From Alkanindiges illinoisensis DSM 15370 (GTDB taxonomy: Bacteria; Pseudomonadota; Gammaproteobacteria; Pseudomonadales; Moraxellaceae): a DNA stretch of 32,000 bases. Position numbers and translations under genes: made by a program. The notes below the pieces were generated by a model. That model ran no database searches. It worked only from the letters and a program-made list of their open reading frames with translations, and had not been told where the DNA came from. Of the stretch, positions 28,252 through 32,000 are shown piece after piece (position 1 is the stretch's first letter; every line of letters starts with the position of its first letter). The stretch spans positions 1 to 32,000 of the forward strand of contig NZ_JHUX01000008.1 in assembly GCF_000619845.1 (NCBI RefSeq), read 5' to 3'.

Positions 28252-29136
28252 ATGCACCTTACAACAGAATCAACTGCAACAGAATCAACTGCAACAGATT
28301 CAACAGCAAGCCCAATTCGTCCCACAGGTAAAATTGCCTTCATTGGGGGCGGCAATATGGCACAGGCACTCATTGGCGGTTTGTTGGCCCAGCAATTCAA
28401 TGCAGCCGATATTACAGTGTCAGAGCCAGTAGAAGCGCTGCATGCGACCTTGCGCCAGCTTGGCGTGCAGGTCACCACAGATAACCAGCAGGCAATCACG
28501 GATGCTACGGTGGTGATATTGGCAGTCAAGCCACAGGTGATGGCAGAAGTGCTAATGCCCTTGCGTGAACAATTTAAGAATCAGTTAATTATTTCAATTG
28601 CAGCGGGTGTTACTATTTCTACCCTGTCACGCCTGCTGGGTGACTATCCACGCATTGTACGCGCCATGCCCAATACACCGGCTCTGATCCAGACCGGAGC
28701 AACAGGACTGTATGCCACGGCAGCGGTAGATACGGCAGACCGTACACTGGCCACCAATATATTACAGGCTGCTGGTCTGGTATTGTGGGTGGAGCAAGAG
28801 CAGCAACTGGATGCCGTGACTGCGGTATCAGGTTCAGGTCCAGCTTACTTTTTTTACCTGATGGAAGCCATGATTCAGGCCGGGCAGGATCTGGGCTTGA
28901 CGGAAGCACAAGCCAGGGCACTCACCCTGCAAACGGCACTGGGCGCCGCTAAAATGGCAGTGAACAGTCCGCATGCGCCAGCCCAGTTGCGTAAAAACGT
29001 AACTTCACCTAATGGCACTACCCAGGCAGCTATTGAAACGATGGATGCTGCCCAGGTGAATGTGCATATTCAACAGGCCTTGCAGGCTGCTGCCACACGC
29101 AGTGCAGAATTAGCCATTGCACTGGGATCAAAATAG
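28252..29136 (+). CDS. proC: Pyrroline-5-carboxylate reductase with a repeat-encoded N-terminal extension
   Basis: KIAFIGGGNMAQALIGGL Rossmann motif, PNTPALIQTGATGLY, SGSGPAYFFYLMEAM. The first ATG is at 28252 (the TTG at 28231 is in the ORF track). No start codon lies between it and the Rossmann motif. Confidence 0.85.
   Translation: MHLTTESTATESTATDSTASPIRPTGKIAFIGGGNMAQALIGGLLAQQFNAADITVSEPVEALHATLRQLGVQVTTDNQQAITDATVVILAVKPQVMAEVLMPLREQFKNQLIISIAAGVTISTLSRLLGDYPRIVRAMPNTPALIQTGATGLYATAAVDTADRTLATNILQAAGLVLWVEQEQQLDAVTAVSGSGPAYFFYLMEAMIQAGQDLGLTEAQARALTLQTALGAAKMAVNSPHAPAQLRKNVTSPNGTTQAAIETMDAAQVNVHIQQALQAAATRSAELAIALGSK
28264..28308 (+). repeat. 15-bp tandem repeat, 3 copies, inside the proC 5' end
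   Basis: acagaatcaactgca (28264-28278), acagaatcaactgca (28279-28293) and acagattcaacagca (28294-28308). Together they encode (T)ESTA-TESTA-TDSTA. Confidence 0.9.
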
Positions 29137-29228
29137 TACCATGGTAAAGTCGCGGTAAAAATTGTGTTGCATCAAGGCTATACTGGGACAAAGACGCGTT
29201 AGTTAAATTTTAAATCTGGAACAAATGC

Positions 29229-29804
29229 ATGGAACCACTTTCTTCGGTTTTGTTTAATCTTGTGATTAACATTGCAACACTGTTGATTTTTTTACGTTTT
29301 ATCATGCAACTGGCGGCAGTGGATTATTTTAATCCGGTGGTGCAGGCCACCGTTAAAGCCACACCAGTGGTGGATATGTTTAGCCGGATTTTACCCACAA
29401 TAGCCAATGGCCGCCTGAATCTGGCGGCACTGGTGTTGCTGATTTTGCTCAAGCTGCTGGACTTGATGGGCAATGCGTATTTGAATGGACTGCCAGCGCC
29501 ATTACCCGCCGAGCTGTTAGTGGCGACCTTTTTATCGCTGATTCAGGGCTTGTTACGGTTTTGCCGCTACATTATTTTTGGTTCCATTATTTTAAGCTGG
29601 GTGACGGTATTTACCAACGCACGCTCGCCATTTATTGATGTGGTGTGGCAACTGGCCGAACCCTTGCTGGCGCCGTTTCGCCGGATTTTGCCCAACACCG
29701 GGCCGCTGGACTTTTCGCCCATTGTGGCCTTGCTGGCGATTTATATTGCCGAGCAGCTCATGGCGCAGGCCGCGATGGTATTAATCGCCTCGGTAGGCTA
29801 TTAA
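29229..29804 (+). CDS. yggT: YggT family membrane protein
   Basis: 191-aa multi-pass membrane protein immediately downstream of proC, which is conserved proC-yggT synteny. It contains the duplicated YggT-type pattern (LLRF...ILSW). Confidence 0.7.
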   Translation: MEPLSSVLFNLVINIATLLIFLRFIMQLAAVDYFNPVVQATVKATPVVDMFSRILPTIANGRLNLAALVLLILLKLLDLMGNAYLNGLPAPLPAELLVATFLSLIQGLLRFCRYIIFGSIILSWVTVFTNARSPFIDVVWQLAEPLLAPFRRILPNTGPLDFSPIVALLAIYIAEQLMAQAAMVLIASVGY

Positions 29805-29831
29805 TTAAAAATTTACAATAACAGGCTAAAC

Positions 29832-29867
29832 AAAAAACCGCTGTCATCATCTGAGCAGCGGTTTTTT
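29832..29867. terminator. Bidirectional terminator between yggT and polA
   Basis: aaaaaaccgctg (29832-29843) pairs with cagcggtttttt (29856-29867). The flanking A and T runs allow termination in both directions. Confidence 0.8.
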
Positions 29868-29914
29868 ACTTTACGGCATTATCATTAAGGCTATCGTTTC
29901 AGGTCAAAGACCTC

Positions 29915-32000
29915 TTAACCATGGGCATCTTCCCAGTTGCAGCCTTTGCCCACTTCCACCAGCAACGGCACATCAATTTGTACCACATCCTGCATTACCT
30001 GACTCAGCTCGCTAGCCAAAGAATCGGCAATCTCTTCATCAACTTCAAATACCAGTTCATCATGCACCTGTAGCAGTAACATGGCCTGATCCTTGGGTAA
30101 AATATGGTCAACCGCAATCATGGCTTTTTTGATGATATCAGCCGCCGAACCTTGCAGTGGCGCATTAATGGCGGCGCGTTCTGCGCCCTGACGCACCATG
30201 GCATTGCGGGCGTTTACATCCGGCGTATACAAACGGCGACCCATGAGCGTTTCTACAAAGCCCTGCTCGGAAGCCAGCTTGCGGGTGCGCTGCATATATT
30301 CATACACACCCGGATAACGCGCAAAATACTGGTTAATGTAAGACTGCGATTCCTGCCGGGACAGCTTGAGCTGCTTGGACAAGCCAAACGACGACATACC
30401 ATATAGCAAGCCAAAGTTAATAGTTTTGGCCTGACGGCGCTGATCATTGGTCACGTCTTCGAGGGCAATGCCCAGTACCTCGGCAGCAGTGGCCTGGTGA
30501 ATATCCAGCCCCTGCTGGAAAGCACGCAGCAAGGCTTCATCCTGTGAAAAATGAGCCATGAGGCGCAGTTCAATTTGGGAATAATCGGCTGCCAGCAGTA
30601 CACGGCCTTGTGGTGCAATAAAGGCCTTGCGGATTTGCCGCCCGGTTTGCCCGCGAATAGGAATGTTTTGTAGGTTGGGATCAGTCGAAGACAAGCGCCC
30701 GGTGGCTGTTACTGCCTGATGATAGCTGGTGTGTACCCGGTTAGTACCCGGATCGGCCTGTGCAATCAGGCGATCAGTATAGGTGCTTTTTAGCTTGCAC
30801 AGGCTGCGGTGTTCCAGCACTGTGGCAGCAATCGGGTGATCAATTTTTTCAAGCACAGCTTCACCCGTGGCATACTGGCCGCTCGCAGTTTTCTTGCCGC
30901 CGGCAATACCAATTTTCTCAAACAGGATTTCACCAAGCTGCTTGGGCGAGGACACATTAAACGGCTGGCCTGCCATTTCAATGACTTGCTGTTCCAGTGT
31001 ATCAATTTGTCCGGAAAACTCATCGCCCAGTTTGGCCAGAAACCCGGTATCCAGCTTGATGCCGCAGCGTTCCATGTGGGTTAAAATTTGCGCCACCGGC
31101 AGTTCCAGCTTGAGCAGTAATTGTTCCAGTGCCGGGTCTTCCTTCAGCTTGCGGCGAAATACTTCATACAAGCGGTAAGTCACGTGCGCATCTTCACAGG
31201 CATACGGCGCAGCTTGCTCCAGCGGCACCTGATTAAAGGTGAGCTGCTTAACGCCCTTGCCAGCCACATCTTCAAAGGTGATGGTCATGTGGCTTAAATA
31301 CAGGCGTGCCACATCATCCATGCCATGCCGGGTTGCTGTTGGATTAAGCACATAAGAGGCCAGCATGGTGTCAAACACCCAGCCTTTTAAATTAATGCCG
31401 TGATTTTTAAACACATGCGCATCATATTTTAAATGATGGCCAATCTTGCCAATGGCTGCATTTTCAAAATAGGGCTTAAGCTGATCCAGAATGATTTCAC
31501 GATTTAACTGTTCGGGCGCATCCAGATAATCATGTGCCAGTGGAATATAAAAGGCATCCTGAGCATCAAAGGCAAATGACAGGCCAACAATTTGCGCCTT
31601 GCGATAATCCAGACTGGTGGTTTCGGTATCAATGACAAAATGATCGGCGTTTTGCAGCCGGGCAAAAAAATCATCAAACTGGGCTTGCGTTAAAATGGTG
31701 TGATATTGCGCCGTACCCAGCTTGTCATCACTGCTGCTGCTTTCTGACTGGCTTTCAAAATTCTGGCTAGCCTGCTGCTGGTTAGGTTCAGTCTGGATTG
31801 CCATTCGGTCCGGATTATTCGGATGTTCCAGCGACTGTAGCTGGCTTCTAAATTCCAGCTCGGTATACAGACGGCGCAGTTCTTCCACATTGGGATTGCC
31901 CAGTTTTAGTTCAGTCCAGTCCAGTCCAACCGGCAGGTCACAGATAATGGTGGCGAGCTGGTGATTCAGTGGAATGCTGTCCTGATGGTCACGGATATTC
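29915..32000 (-). CDS. polA: DNA polymerase I (3'-5' exonuclease and polymerase domains; the 5' end runs past the window)
   Basis: LLQVHDELVFEV, RRQAKTINFGLLYGMS, DYSQIELR. The apparent start at 31888 is an internal GTG. I translated the frame up to 31999 (…IRDHQDSIPLNHQLATIICDLPVGLDWTELKLGNPNVEEL…) and it stays open. Confidence 0.93.
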   Translation of the reverse strand, partial: NIRDHQDSIPLNHQLATIICDLPVGLDWTELKLGNPNVEELRRLYTELEFRSQLQSLEHPNNPDRMAIQTEPNQQQASQNFESQSESSSSDDKLGTAQYHTILTQAQFDDFFARLQNADHFVIDTETTSLDYRKAQIVGLSFAFDAQDAFYIPLAHDYLDAPEQLNREIILDQLKPYFENAAIGKIGHHLKYDAHVFKNHGINLKGWVFDTMLASYVLNPTATRHGMDDVARLYLSHMTITFEDVAGKGVKQLTFNQVPLEQAAPYACEDAHVTYRLYEVFRRKLKEDPALEQLLLKLELPVAQILTHMERCGIKLDTGFLAKLGDEFSGQIDTLEQQVIEMAGQPFNVSSPKQLGEILFEKIGIAGGKKTASGQYATGEAVLEKIDHPIAATVLEHRSLCKLKSTYTDRLIAQADPGTNRVHTSYHQAVTATGRLSSTDPNLQNIPIRGQTGRQIRKAFIAPQGRVLLAADYSQIELRLMAHFSQDEALLRAFQQGLDIHQATAAEVLGIALEDVTNDQRRQAKTINFGLLYGMSSFGLSKQLKLSRQESQSYINQYFARYPGVYEYMQRTRKLASEQGFVETLMGRRLYTPDVNARNAMVRQGAERAAINAPLQGSAADIIKKAMIAVDHILPKDQAMLLLQVHDELVFEVDEEIADSLASELSQVMQDVVQIDVPLLVEVGKGCNWEDAHG

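Overview
This is a chromosomal, mostly housekeeping window from a gammaproteobacterium. It looks Acinetobacter-like (Moraxellaceae), judged from my recollection of the short AccA form and of PheS, TrxA and FtsK sequence character; that placement is inference, not a search result.

Gene order:
- tuf (3' end)
- two tandem COG3687/PF10118-type 'metal-dependent hydrolase' paralogs
- rimI
- bpt, aat and a methyltransferase (minus strand)
- trxB (minus)
- ftsK
- an AT-rich two-gene islet (93-aa protein plus PF06042-type nucleotidyltransferase)
- MFS transporter (minus)
- rpmI-rplT
- an AT-rich NADAR-domain islet
- pheS-pheT-ihfA
- Ala-rich lipoprotein (minus)
- membrane protein with a degenerate GGDEF-like C-terminus (minus)
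- rho and trxA (minus)
- ppx-accA-tilS, serine hydrolase, proC-yggT
- polA (minus, runs off the window edge)

I saw no rRNA or tRNA genes, CRISPR arrays, transposases, integrases or phage genes. I do not see a convincing complete novel multi-gene system.

Best leads:
1. The tandem paralog pair after tuf. It has a 170-nt near-identical tract, a shared 41-nt upstream box, and a di-iron-like double E...EXXH signature.
2. Two small low-GC insertions inside conserved operon contexts: after ftsK, and between rplT and pheS (the latter carrying a NADAR gene).
3. An extremely Ala/Asp/Thr-rich lipoprotein.
4. A membrane protein whose GGDEF motif is replaced by LDRHH.

All functional calls rest on motif recognition by eye. 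No database search was run.
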